A DNA stretch of 64,000 bases from Octopus bimaculoides. Its lineage: Eukaryota. Position numbers and translations under genes: made by a program. The stretch covers positions 10,756,230 through 10,820,229 of the forward strand of contig NC_068995.1 of the NCBI RefSeq assembly GCF_001194135.2, in the 5' to 3' direction. This document shows, piece after piece, positions 24,701-39,700 of this stretch (position 1 is its first letter; every line of letters starts with the position of its first letter). The notes beneath the pieces were generated by a model. It was not told where the DNA came from and made no database searches. It was given only the letters and a program-made list of their open reading frames with translations.

Positions 24701-26462
24701 GAGATGTCAACAAACCAACAAAGTTTTGTTGTGTGAATTTTATGGAAAAAATATAATTGCAAAAATTATGGAAAATTTGTTGGCCGGGTTTGCTCGAGTT
24801 GAAAAAAAAAAAGCAACAGCAACAACTGAAAGAACAACAACAACAACAACAATTGTTGTTATAGCAACAAATGCTGCAATTAATGAAGTCGTCAGGAAAT
24901 TCAGAAAAAGTGTTCTCGCCAGACCATGTCGCCGAACTCCATAACAGAGTTCAAATATGAACCTGACAATGGAGTTACCTTTGAAGCATACGACAAGTTA
25001 TGAGCAAATCTTCGTGGCTGTGTGGTAAGTAGCTTGCTTACCAACCACATGGTTCTGGGTTCAGTCTCACTGCGTGGCACCTTGGGCAAGTGTCTTCTAC
25101 TATAGCCTTGGGCCGACCAAAGCCTTGNNNNNNNNNNCTGCGTGGCACCTTGGGCAAGTGTCTTCTACTATAGCCTTGGGCCGACCAAAGCCTTGTGAGT
25201 GGATTTGGTAGACGGAAACTGAAAGAAGCCTGCCGTATATATGTGTGTGTGTGTGTGTTTGTCCACCCAATATCGCTTGACAACCGATGCTGGTGTGTTT
25301 ACATCCCCGTAACTTAGAGGTTCGGCAAAAGAGACCGATAGAATAAGTACTAGGCTTACAAAGAATAAGTCCTGGGGTTGATTTGCTCGACTAAAGGCGG
25401 TGCTCCAGCATGGCCGCAGTCAAATGACTGAAACAAGTAAAAGAGTAACAGGAAGAAGGTAAATAGAGCGGTAGATGAGAGCATTGGGTCTCGGAACTGG
25501 TAGTTAATGGTAACAGAATAACCAGACAATGCATGGAAATACCAGAGAATTGATTGAAGTGATTTTCAATGTAAAGAACGATATATAAATGTATGTAAAC
25601 AAAATATTACTCTTTAACGGTTCTGGACCGTTTTCGCTTTCAATTGTTCTTTCTTCCCATATCACAGACACGGACACGTTGAAGATGGGTTTGGAATCTA
25701 TGTTGTTTAGTTTCACCTGCAAAAGAAAGAATCAAAAGGAGTTTTTTTTTTAAATTTTAATTTTCGTAAATTAAAAAAAAAAACAATTGTATCATGCTAG
25801 AGTCATGTAAATCATTTCAGAAGCACACACATGGTTATATTACATTCAGATTTATGGTCACTTTTGACAACACAACCATCATCAACATTGTCATTGTTAT
25901 TGTCATCATCGTCATCCTCCTCCTCCTCATCATCATTATCTTCTATGCTAGAATATTTTGGAGGCTTTATATTACGAGTGGGTGTCCTTCAAGATGCTTG
26001 CATTTCTATTTACTGCTTATAATATGCAACAATAGTGTATCTACCTTAAAAACAAGGATACATCTAGATAATGTGTGTGTGTGTGTTTTCTAAATACATG
26101 ATGATGGTGATGATGATTATGGTGATAATGATGATGATGATGAACATATTTTACAGATACATTAGCTATAGCAATGAATAAATTACTGCTTTATGATTCA
26201 TGAAAAATATTAAAACTGAAAAAAATTTTTTTTCTTTTCCCAGTCTGTGTAACTGGAGGTATGTTAGACATTACAATTTCCAATTATGGATGGAATTTAA
26301 TTGATTAATGTAATCAGTTAATTCATTGTAAATAAAAGTGTTGCTTACCTTTGGCACAGTACAGGAAATCTGTCGATAGTTCACAGAAATTGCCTTGTTC
26401 TTATATTTAGTGTCACCATATGTAAACAGGCAGAAATACTTATTAGGCTGTGAAGAAAAAGA

Positions 26463-26499
<37 letters not shown>

Positions 26500-27179
26500 G
26501 AGAATAGGAAGCCAGACATAGTCTTAATTGAGAAAGAAAGCAAACAATGCTGGATCATAGATATAGCATGCCCAGCTGACAACAAGGTATGCGATAAGGN
26601 NNNNNNNNNCAGCTGACAACAAGGTATGCGATAAGGAAGAAAGAAAAGAGAGATATGACAGGTTAGCTTGGGAAGTTAAGCAGTTGTGGTCGAGGAAAAA
26701 GGTGGTAGTAGTACCAATAAATGTCAGAGATCTGGGAACAGCAAGTAAAAATCTTGAGAAGTACATGGAGGAAATAGGGGCTGCAATAAGGGTGGAGCAC
26801 TTGCAGAAAACAGCACTGCTTGGAACCGTTCGAATACTCCGGAGGTGTTACCTTAGTTCACTGGTAGTGAACAGCTGACACCATAGTACATCTCCAATGT
26901 TAGAAGCTGTGCAAAGGCAATGACAATAATAATAATAATAACTATAATCCATTCTACAACAGGCACAATGCCTGAAATTTGTGGGGAGGGGTTAAGTCGA
27001 TTACATCAACCCCCATACTTGCCTGGTATTTTATTTTATCGACCCCTGGAAGGATGAAAGGACAAGTTGACCCTGGCGGAATTTGAACTCAGAATGTAAT
27101 GTAAAAAAGGATGAAATGCTGCTAAGCAATTTTCTCAGAGGGTTAACAATTCTACCAGCTTGCCACCTTCATGTGCCTT

Positions 27180-27217
<38 letters not shown>

Positions 27218-27405
27218 NNNNNNNNNNGAGTGGCAGTGTGGTAAGTAGCTTGCTTACCAACCACATGGTTCCAGGTTCAGTCCCACTGCATGACACCTTG
27301 GGCAAATGTCTTCTACTATAGCCTTGGGCCGACCAAACCCTTGTGAGTGGATCTGGTAGATGGAAAACGAAAGAAGCCCATCGTATATATAAATATATAT
27401 ATATG

Positions 27406-27440
<35 letters not shown>

Positions 27441-29880
27441 GTTTGTGTGTCTGTGTTTGTTCCTACAACATTGCTTGACAACCGACACTGGTGTGTTTAT
27501 GTCCCTGTAACTTAGCAGTTCGGCAAAAGCAACCGATAGAATAAGTACTAGGCTTCCAAAGAATAAGTCCTGGGGTCGATTTGCTTGACTAAAGGCGGTG
27601 CTCCAGCATGGCCACAGTCAAATGACTGAAACAAATAAAAGAATGTATGAGGTGGTGATCTTCAAACGCTGGGCCTCATGCAGGCAATGACAAGTGATCA
27701 AGACCTTTGGTGATATGCTGTGCTTGAGAAGAAGACTCATCAAGCTAAGTGAAATTGTTGTCGTGGCTGATGCCGGTGTCTTGTTAAAGCACCCAAGCCA
27801 GTGGCTTAAAAAAAAGCACCCATTACACTCTTGGAGTGGTTGGCATTAGGAAGAGCTTCCAGCCATAGAAACCAAAGCCAAAACCAAACTGGGACCTGGT
27901 GCAGCTCTCCGGCTCACCAGTTCCAGCCAAACCATCCAACTCATGCCAGCATGGAAAGGAGACATTAAATGATGATAATGAAACTAAATAGTATACTAAC
28001 TTTTTGTGGTAAGTTGTGACCATGAATTGTAAAATTTCCTGGTAAACCTTCGTGGAACAAAGTTTTCTTGGGTTGATCTACCCGTGGGCAATTTTGGGCA
28101 GATTTTGGAAATTCACTGCTCTGAAAAATTTAAAAAAAAAAAAAATTTAAAAATTAAAAACATATATACACTTGGTGCCTTTTTGTTGTAGCTGTTAATA
28201 CAAGGGTGATAACTATCCCCTCACAATACAAGACAGAATCAGAAATGTGAATTTGAAATTAGGAACATGAGGAAGAAAATGTATAGAGTTTTCATATAAA
28301 ATTTCTTTTTAAATCTTGTATGAAGTTCTCACAATTTCTAGTTGGTAGTAATCATGCATAGCACCATTCTGTTCTTTTTAGAAATCTTCAGCATGATTTA
28401 GTCTGCTAAATTAGTGATTAGATATGTTATAAAATATGAAATATTAATCCTGTAGCTTTTAAACTGGCCATATCCAGCTCAAATATTGCACCTGGTTCAT
28501 GTCCAAACTGTCCAGATCTGGCCTCTCACACCTATGTGCATGTGGCTGAGCGCTCCACAGACGCATGTACTCTTAATGTAGTTCTCAGGGAGATTCAGCA
28601 TGACACAGGGTGTGACAAGGCTGGCCCTTTGAAATACAGGTACTAATCATTTTTGTCAGCTGAGTGGACTAGAGATATATGAAATCAAGTGTCTTGCTCA
28701 AGGAAACAACACGTCACGAGGAACTGAACTCATGACCTTGTAACTGTGAACCGAGTACCCTAACCATTAAGCCACATGCCTTCACACGCCAGAATAAGCT
28801 ATATATTCTTTTTTACTCTAGGCACAAGGCCCAAAATTTCTGGGGAGGGGTCTAGTCAATTAGATCAACCCCAGTATGCAACTGGTATTTAATTTATCGA
28901 CCCCTGAAAGGATGAAAGGCAAAGTCGACCTCGGTGGAATTTGAACTCAGAACCTAATAACAGATGAAATTCCGCTAAGCATTTCACTCGGCATACTAAC
29001 GTTTCTTTTCAACTGTAGGCACAAAACCTGAAATTTTTTGGGAGGGGTTCAGTCAATTAGATCAACCCCAGTACACAACGGATATTTAATTTATCCACCT
29101 TGAAAGGATGAAAGGCAAAGTCAACCTCGACGGAATTTGAACTCAGAACATATTAAGACAGACGAAATACTGCAAAGCATTTTGCCTGGCAGGCTAATGT
29201 TTCTACCAGTTCACTGCGTTAGAATAAGTGATATATTAAAGCTGCTATTTGGAACAAAATGAAATACAGCCAAAAGCTGTTATGTAAAAGTTGTGACAGA
29301 GAGTTTAAAATGAAATATGTTTAAAAGCAGGCAGTTAGTTTTTGTTTTAAAGAAAATATCCAGAAATGGTCTCAGGCAAAGTGGTATGAGAACAGTCACA
29401 ACTTTAAATTAACACTTCAAAAAATCAACAAAAAAAAAAAAACCGTATGGAATGGTCTGTTTTTGAATTCATTTAATTTTTTTTCTTTCTTTCTTTGTTT
29501 TTTTTTTGCACCCCCACTTCTTTTCCTTTGGATAAAATCTGGTTGTTCATTATTTTAATATCACCTATCTGATAAATAACACACAAAAAACATATCTAAT
29601 TACTTGAAAGCAAAAGAACTGGAAAGAAACCACAGTTAAAGAAATAATAATGATGATGATGATGATGATGAAAATATTAAATAAGATTATTATAAACAAA
29701 TGTTTAACGAGAGGAAATATTAAAGGTCAACTTACAAGTTTTGCATAAATTGTCTTGTTTTTTGAACAATTCTTATTGCTGCTATGAAAACATTTATTAT
29801 CATAAATACACCACTTGCAGTTGAACTCACTATTGGCACATTTAGTGCACCTGCAGAACAAGAGAAATGAAAATATAATA

Positions 29881-29926
<46 letters not shown>

Positions 29927-30304
29927 TGATGATGATGATAGTGATTTCATTTATTTTCTACCGGGGTAAAGGATGAGGGGACAATACAAAGACAGACACA
30001 AAGTGTTGGGGTTTACATATAATGAAATGATAAAATAAACAAACAAATAAATAAATGAATAATAATAATAATAATAATATAGTAGCAGTGTTTTAAATGG
30101 CATAACAAAGCAATACCAAAGAAAGAAGAAAAAAAAAACTGTAAATGTAAAAAACGTAATAATAATAATATTAATGATGATGATGATGCTGATGATGATG
30201 ATAAAGGCAGATCAATTATTATAATTGACTGTGGCATTGCTGAAATTGTCCACAGAATGTTGTTGTCATTATTATTATTACTATTGTTGTTGCTGTTATT
30301 GTTG

Positions 30305-30339
<35 letters not shown>

Positions 30340-33300
30340 GAGGCAATTTTATGCATGTGGTAACAAATAGTTTCAGTCAGAGTTTATGCAAGAATGTTCA
30401 AGAACTTTGGCATTTACTAATAATAACAAAGTATTTTGTTCTTTATACCACAGAGGATGTTTAGGAAATGTGGAAGAGAATTATTGAGCAAAAGGAAAAA
30501 TTGTAGGAAAAGAAAAACAAAAAAAAAAAAAGTAAAAAAGAAAGCCCAGGAAAGAATAGCAAAGTATGATATAATTTAAGTGAAAAACTCTTTAATTTGA
30601 TTCAGTCATGGGACTGCCTTGTTTAAAAAGAATACTGTATACAAAATTAAGAGGTACCTAATATCCTACAATATTTTTCTTAAACCCCTCTATTACCATA
30701 TCTCTGTTAAAATACACTAATTTTATTAAGCTAATTTTGAAAATAATGAAGAAGTCTGTAAATTTGGATTCTTTCTCTTTGCTGTGCACGTGATAGTTTA
30801 TTATAAGTTGGTAGATATCTGCAGGCATCAGCAAATAATTTATTTGCTGAAGTTATGAACAAGAGCCACAAACTCTTGTTTGATTCATTAGTCCAGCGTA
30901 ATTTTGGCTGAGGAGACACAATGATGTTGAAACACCAGGTGTCCCAAAGTCTCCTTATGTGAATGAATCGAGCATGTTGTGAACACATTTGTCTAAAAGA
31001 GCTTGTTCTTCAACTCTTGTTTGATTCATTAGTCCAGCATAACTAGCTGAGACATCAGGCGTCCCAAAGTCTCCTTATGCTAATGAATTGAGTGGGTTAA
31101 AAACACATTAGTTTAAAAGAGCTTGTTTTTAAATGATGAAATACAACAGTGATTGGTATATTCATGTTTGAATCTGCTAGAGTGTATTAAAAATGAATAT
31201 GTAAGCCATCATTTTGATTCTTGTTCTTTATGGTGCAATAAATGATTTGCAATAATTTTGTCATTATCAAGCTGGCGTTTGGAACATGAACATAAACTAA
31301 CATGAAATTTTGATGGAAGGTCACAAAAAAATGATTAGTCTGTTGGCTCATTAAAGATAATTAAGTGAATGGGTTTGTTTATCCAGCCACATTCTTAGAA
31401 TTCAATAGAATCTTTTAATTCCTACCAGGCCTTCGCATAATTGCAGTTAGGTTGTCTGTGATTTCCATACAAATTTGTTTTCTATTTTTAATGCCAGAAT
31501 ATGAAAAAAAAAAGACACAAACGAGAGGTGATGACAGCACCAATTAACCAACTAACTAATGAATGAATAATGAAAGAATTAATCGTACTTACCATTTAAA
31601 AGCACTACAGTCATAGAAAGTGAAGTTCTTCCGTACAAACATTTTAGCGGTTTCACTAGAGTGTAGTGCCAGAGTAACTGTTAATGAAGCTGAAAATTAC
31701 AAATAATTCATTAGTAATTAATATACATTTGAATATATAAGTTTACATATAACAAAAAGGGAAAACAAAACAAAACAACAACAAAAAAAACTGTTACATT
31801 TCTCTCTCTTTCTCTCTTTATGCATCATTGATTTGATCATAGACTTCAGTGCCAAAGTTTAAAGATTCATGATTGTTCTTGGGAAAGAAGCTACTGTGCT
31901 TTCCTGATGCCTTTGGCTGGTCAATTTATTTACCGCTTACTCTGTCTGTCTCCTGCTCTTTTGAGCATACCCACGAGGTACCGGGGGGGGGGGGGTGTCC
32001 CAATTTAACCTTTGGGCAAGTGTACTGCTTCACATGACATCAGGGTATGCTCGCACATTGATGGGACTGTGTAACGGACATCTAAAGACCAGCCTGCCTC
32101 TGAGTCCTTTAATACCTTAGCCACAAGGCCATCTGTTATCTGATCCATAACTGAAGCCCTTGATAGTTACTTCAGGCCAGGGCAGTCCTGGGTGCAGCAG
32201 TGACTAAGGGCTCACTGGGGGACTATTTACTAAGGAGGACTATCTACTAAACAGGACTGTTTACTAAGAGGAACTATTTACTAAGGGAGACTATTTACTA
32301 AGGGGTAACTATTTACTCTCTCAAAACTCTTCAGCTCCCAGACTGAAGCATCACGACTGGTAGCAGTTTCATGTCTTACTAAGGACATAAAAATATATTG
32401 CAATGGTGGTGGAGAATTAACCCTTTAGCATTCACACCGGTCAAATCTGGCCAATATATTTAACCTGTTTTATGTTGAAACTGGTCCTATCTATCCTCTC
32501 ACCTCAACCCTACAATATAATTCTAAAACTGAGCAATCACATCATCGAAACCTCAACGCTATGAGATAATCCTGGATTAATTCAAAACAATTTGAATAAT
32601 CAAACATTACATTTGGCAGAATAATCTGAATAATGAAGGGTTAAAGAATAGCGTAAAAGAATAATACTTACAAGTTTCTCCTAAAGTGTAACCTAATTCA
32701 ATAAAATTTGGGGATTCACAATGCACATATCTTCTGTGTATACTTGCCCTGGTCGTGGCATTTAATTGTATGAATACACAGTGGTATGTGCTTTCATTTG
32801 GTAACTGTGTACTCATTTCCAACTTTAACTGCAAAAAAAAAAAAAAAAAGTTAAAAAATATTAAAAAAACATTAAAACCCAAAATAGATCAAATAAGAAA
32901 GTGAACCCACATCACCGTACGAATTATAGATAAAGTAAGAAAACAAAAAAAAAACACCAAAAAAAAATCACATCAACTCCAGTACATAACTGGTACTTTA
33001 TTTTTATGGTTTCTTATTTTTTTTTATTTATTTATTTATTTTTATTGCCCACAAGGGGCTAAACATAGAAAGGACAAACAAAGGGATTAAGTCGATTACA
33101 TCGACCACAGTGCGTAACTGGTACTTATTTAATCGACCCCGAAAGGATGAAAGGCAAAGTCGACCTTGACGGAATTTGAACTCAGAACGTAGCGGCAGAC
33201 GAAATAAGGGCTAAGCATTTCGCCCGGCGTGCTAACGTTTCTGCCAGCTCGCCACCTTTATTTTTATGGTTTCTGGCAGGGTGAAAGGTAAAGCTCACCT

Positions 33301-33978
33301 TAAAGTAAAAAAAAGTTACCTTCTCAAGCCATGAAAACTCATAAGAGCCAGTTTCCCTGGTTTCCATGGCATATATGCTCTCCACTTGGATGGGACTCGG
33401 TTCTGTCACAGGATTACACATTTTTGCCAACCGAGCAAACTGGAGCAAAATGAAATGAAGTCTTTTGTTCAAGAACACAACATGTCACCCAGTCCAGGAA
33501 TTGAAACCACAATCTTACTATCATGAGTCCAACAACTCTAACCACTAAACCACGTGCCTCCATTGTAGGATTTGAACCTTTTTTCACCTGAGTCCTTTAA
33601 TATCTTAACCACAAGGCCATCTGTTATCTGATCCATAACCGAAGCCCTTGATATTTACTACTACTTCAAGCCAGGGCAGTCCTGGGTGCAGCAGTGGCTA
33701 AGGGCTCACTAGGGGACTATTTACTATGGAGGACTATCTACTAAAGAGAACTGTTTACTAAGGGACTGCAGCCATACTGAGGCACTGTCTTGAACAAGTT
33801 TTTGTTGAACAAATTGACCCTGGCACTTATGTCTTTTTTTATTTCCTTAGAACAACCATAGGATGCTGAACCTTTTAGATAGATAGATAAATAAATAGAT
33901 ACATACATATATATACATAGTTAAATAGATAGATAGATACATAGTTAAATAGATAAAGGGATATATATATATATATAT

Positions 33979-34021
<43 letters not shown>

Positions 34022-36752
34022 CATACATATATACACATAGTTAAATAGATAGATAGATACATAGTTAAATAGATAAAGGGATATATATATATATAGATAG
34101 ATAGATAGATAGATGGGTGGATGGATGGATACAAAAAGAGAGAGAGAGAAAGTAGGAGAACAACTGGAGTGGAAGTGAAGTAGTTTATTCTAAACTTACT
34201 TTTTGAACACTTGTAACAGAAACAGATTGAGGAGTTATGTCGAAAATGGAGATACATTTGTTGGCTGGTCCTGAAAGCCATCTTTCTTTTTGATTTTGAT
34301 CAAAGTTCTTTCCACATTGCGATTTGAATGTACATCTAAAGGAGAACGTAAAACAACAGATTATAAACCACTGGCTACAACATGAAACAACAGAAATGAT
34401 CAAATGGTGGATAAATGAAAGAACAGAATTATCAAATGGTCGGAAAATGAAACAATAGAATTATCAAATGATGGATAAATGAAAGAATAGAATTATCAAA
34501 TGGTGGGAAAATGAGACAATAGAATTATCAAATGATGGGAAAATGAGACAATAGAATTATCAAATGGTGGGAAAATGAAACAATAGAATTATCAAATGAT
34601 GGGAAAATGAGACAATAGAATTATCAAATGGTGGGAAAATGAGACAACAGAATTATCAAATGGTGGGAAAATGAAATAATAGAATTATTAAATGGTGGGA
34701 AAATGAGACAATAGAATTATCAAATGGATAAATGAAAGAACAGAATTATCAAATGGTGGGAAAATGGGACAATAGGATTATCAAATGGTGGATAAATGAA
34801 AGAATAGAATTACCAAATGGTGGGAAAATGAGACAATAGAATTATCAAATGGTGGGAAAATGAGACAATAGAATTATCAAATGGTGGGAAAATGAGACAA
34901 TAGAATTATGCAACTGTTACTTAATTTATCAACCCTGAAAGGATGAAAGGCAAAGTCGACCTTGGCAGAATTTGAACTCAGAACGTAAAGACAGATGAAA
35001 TACCGCTAAGCATTTCCCCCTGTGTGCTAATGTTTTTGCCAGCTCGCCGCCTTAGACATGAGGAAATATTTTACATAGCTTGGAGACAAAGTGAGGATTG
35101 GCAACAGGAAGGGCATCCAGCTGTAGAAAATTTTTATCAACAAATTCCTTCTGACTCATGCAAGCATCAAAAGATGGATGTTAAAATAATGATGAAGACA
35201 AAGATAATGTTGATGACCATGATGATCATTATCATGAAGACAATGATGATGATGAAAATGACGATGATGACGAAAATGATGATGATGATAAAGAGGATGA
35301 TGATACTGATTATGATAAAGAGGATGAAGATGATTATGATGAAGGTAAAGACAAAGAAGCTGAAGATACTGCTGATGATGATGAAGATGCTGATGGTGAG
35401 GATAATGATGAAGACAATGATGATGGTGAAGGTTATGATGATGATGATGATGAGGAGGCAGATGATGTTGACAAGAACAAAACAACAGAAATTAAATAAA
35501 ATATTGGAAATATGAAACAATAAATTTGTCAAACTGTGAAAGCATGAAACTATAAAATTATGAAACAGTGAGTGTATAGAATTACAGAATTATCAGACAA
35601 TAAAGACATGGAGTTATAACATCATTAGCAAATGGTGACGGCGTCATTGTTGTCATCATCAACATCAACAAACATTTATGTTTCATGTTGGCATTGGTTG
35701 GAAGGATTGACATGCTTTCTACGGCTGGATGTCTTTCCTAAAGCCAACCACTTTACAACATGTACTGGGTACTTTTTATGTGGCACCAGCGCTTGAGAGG
35801 CTGCTATGCAGCTTGCAAGACAATGAGCCCTGATATACAATATGATTATCACATAGTATGGTTGAGAAGCTTCACTCCCAACCATGTACTATGAGCACAT
35901 TTATGTGTGTGTGTGTGAATGCATACATACATATATATGCATATATATATATATATATATATGCATATATANNNNNNNNNNNNNNNNNNNNNNNNNNNNN
36001 NNNNNNNNNNNNNNNNNNNNNNNNNNNNNNNNNNNNNNNNNNNNNNNNNNNNNNNNNNNNNNNNNNNNNNNNNNNNNNNNNNNNNNNNNNNNNNNNNNNN
36101 NNNNNNNNNNNNNNNNNNNNNNNNNNNNNNNNNNNNNNNNNNNNNNNNNNNNNNNNNNNNNNNNNNNNNNNNNNNNNNNNNNNNNNNNNNNNNNNNNNNN
36201 NNNNNNNNNNNNNNNNNNNNNNNNNNNNNNNNNNNNNNNNNNNNNNNNNNNNNNNNNNNNNNNNNNNNNNNNNNNNNNTATATATATACATATACATATA
36301 TATCAAAAGGATGTTTTATAATAATATTCTACAGCCATACCAACAATCCAACATATGTCCATCATCAGCTGCCCCACGGATATCATTATGGTTTCGACAC
36401 CTGGGCAGTACCATTCAATCCGGCGGTGTCAACAGCACTAAAATAAGTGTTGTTTTGGGAATAAACAAACCAAAGAAACCACAACTTTCAAACACATTTA
36501 CCCTAAGTATAACCGTATCGATAAATAAATTCAATAAGTAAATTACAACCACTCCTAAATACGTAACTAAATAGTGACAACTCTATTAAGTCATAGAAAA
36601 ATTATAATCCCTACCATCTGGTGCACATGTGTTTGTGTGTATATATGCACACATATATCTATCTGTCTGTGTCTGTGTGTGTAAGTATATATATGCCTAT
36701 ATATATATATATATGCATATATGTATGTATATATATATATATATATAATATA

Positions 36753-36799
<47 letters not shown>

Positions 36800-39700
36800 G
36801 CATAGATGCTTACAGGACGTCACCAACGGTGCAAATAACATACACACGAGAGATAGATACAAGATGTGGACAGAAATTACAAGACAAAAATGAGTAAAAT
36901 ACGTAAACAAGAAAAGAAATGGAAATATATATGATGAGCTTTCACACAGTTTCTCTCCACCAAATTTACTCACAAGGTGGCCTGGTGTTATAGAAGAAGA
37001 TGCTTCCCCAATGTGCTGTGCAGTGGGACTGATCTCAAAACCAAGTGGTTGCAAAGCAGGCTTCTTAACCACACAACCATGCTTGTGCTTATGGATTTTT
37101 CCATTGACAATTACCCCGCAACAAAGCAACAAGCAGCCAGAAGTAAGAATAGGCTTTAAGGGACCACTTTGTTATGTTGGGAGTTACTAAAGAAGAGCAA
37201 AGAGGAAAATGAGAAGAATTTAAAAATTTTAATGAGAAGCTACCCTGAAGATCGTAAAATGATGGACGCAAGGTTCAAAAGAGTTAGAATTACATTTTAC
37301 TCTTTTACTTGTTTCAGTCATTTGACTGCGGCCATGCTGGAGCACCGCCTTTAGTCGAGCAAATCGACCCCAGGACTTATTCTTTGTAAGCCTAGTACTT
37401 ATTCTATCGGTCTCTTTTGCTGAACTGCTAAGTTACGGGGACGTAAACACACCAGCATCGGTTGTCAAGCGTTGGTGGGGGGACAAACACTGACACAAAC
37501 ACACACACACATATATATACATATATACGACGGGCTTCTTTCAGTTTCCGTCTACCAAATCCACTCACAAGGCTTTGGTCGGCCCGAGGCTATAGTAGTA
37601 GACACTTGCCCAAGGTGTCACGCAGTGGAACTGAACCCGAAACCATGTGGTTGGTAAGCAAGCTACTTACCACACAGCCACTGGAAAATAAACAAAGGAA
37701 GGAAGCTTTCTAAGATAGATGTTTGGAGAAAGAAGGTACTGGAATAAAAGTATTTCTTACAAAAGTGGCACAACAATAACATTGAAGGGATGAGAATTAG
37801 CAGAAAAATGAGAAGCTTTAATTCTAAGTGACTGAAAACAGGAAGTGAGTTCCTTAAGATGGATGTTTGAAGAAAGAAACAACTGGAGTAAAAGCAGCTC
37901 TTACAGGTTGAAGATCAACAACACTGAAAGGATGAGGATTAGCAGAAAGAAAGGGTTACTTGATTTCTAACCTGAAAGTTAGAAAGTTTTGAGGAACAAA
38001 TGGACTAAGATGATGGAAGTGCTTGTAAAACAGAGATAAAAATGTAATAATGGTTTAATTGTTTTAGGGTCTAATGACAAAGGAATATTTACCTGTCTTC
38101 CAAAAAACACCAGCCACAAAATGGGTCTTCATCTGCCAAACATTTCTGACAACTTTTTCTGGATTCACAATCTTGTATCTTAACTTTGTGTACCTGGGAA
38201 AAACACAATATATAAAAGTGAGATGAAATATTTGACATTAAAAGCATTCACAATACAAAAAGAAAAACAAAATAAATTTAGACCATTAGCATTTAAACTG
38301 ACCATATCAGGCCCCACTATTCTACCTGTTCTATGTCCAAACTGGCCAGTTCTGGCCTTTGACACTTACCCTACAATGTCATCCTGGAAATAAAAAATCA
38401 CCTTATTGAAATCTCAAAGCTATTTGATAAGGCATAACTAATTCAAAGCAATGTGAATAAAAAGTCATTAAGAAGTAAACTGGTACTCTACCACTTATGA
38501 TGACAAGGGTTCTAGGTCCTAGTGGTTGAGCACTCCACAGACTCAACCCTTTCGTTACTGTATTTATTTTGAGATGCTCCGTGTTTCTTTCAATTAATTT
38601 TAAATATAACAAAGAATTTAGTAAAATAACTTAGTCATCATTAAGCTAGTGTTAGGAACGTAAATTGTGATTAATGTTTGGTGGAAGATTTTTATTCAGA
38701 ACTTTTGAAAACAAGACATTTGTACTACAGAGCCAGAGCCGGTTTCAACCAGGTTGGTATCAAAAGGGTTGAATTAATCATTCGCTAACCCTTAATAATG
38801 ATGATGATGATGATGATGATAATAATAATAATAATAATGGTTTCAAATTTTGGCACAAAACCAGCAAGTCTGGCAGATGGGGTAAATCGACTCGTCTCAG
38901 GACAATTACCCCCCTAGGACAATTAGCCTCCAATAGGACAATTCCTCCCGACGACAACTACCCCCAATGACAATTACTCCTCCTTGGTTAATTACCCCCT
39001 CTCCAATATATCAAGAAGTTTTAAATCATCATTTGTTGTCCTCAGGGGTAATTGTCTTGGAGTGGTGGTGGTTATTGTCCAGTGGGGGTAAATGTTCTAG
39101 AATCAGATCGACTACACCTACCCCAGTGTTCGACTGATATTTATTTTGTAGACCCTGAAAGGATAAAGGGTAAAGTCAACCTTGGTGGAATTTGAACTCA
39201 GAATGTAAAGATGTGTGAGATGCCAGTAAGCATTTTGTCCAGCGTGCCAACAGTTCTGCTAGCTGACAACAATGATGATGATGATGATGACTGTTTTCAC
39301 AAAACCCCTTGTTGTTGAAAAGGGTTATAACACATTTGAATCTTTGCCTCTAACCCAGTGCATAACTGGTACTTATTCAACAAACTGTGATGAGAAGGAT
39401 AAAAAAAAGATAAAGAAAAAAAAATTGCCGCGTAAATGGCACCTGTGCACTGTAGTCATTGCTTGTGTCATGTGAACGACACCTGTGCCAGTGGCATGTA
39501 AAAGCACCCATTGCACTCCTGGAGTGGTTGGTGTTAGGAAGGGCATCCGGCTGTAGAAACCATGCCAAATCAAACTGGAACCTGGTGCAGCTCTCCAGCT
39601 CATCAGCTCCAGTCAGACCGTCTAACCGATGCCGTCATGGAGATTGGATGCTAAACGGTGATGACGATGATGATGAAAAAGAAGAAAAAAAAAAGGAAAA

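Noticed and set aside
25085-25200. Apparent tandem duplications around 9-13-N gaps (25128, 26600, 27219, 61592)
   Set aside because: Identical sequence on both sides of a tiny gap is typical of unmerged contig overlaps.
34385-34909. 32-bp repeat array as a possible CRISPR
   Set aside because: The units are contiguous with no unique spacers, there are no cas genes, and the context is a eukaryotic intron.
35024-35532. Long M/D/H/I-rich ORFs (also 52950-53420, 62816-63154, 63352-63949, 53510-53982, 55738-56716)
   Set aside because: They are translations of GAT/CAT/GA/GATA microsatellites with no splice or domain support.
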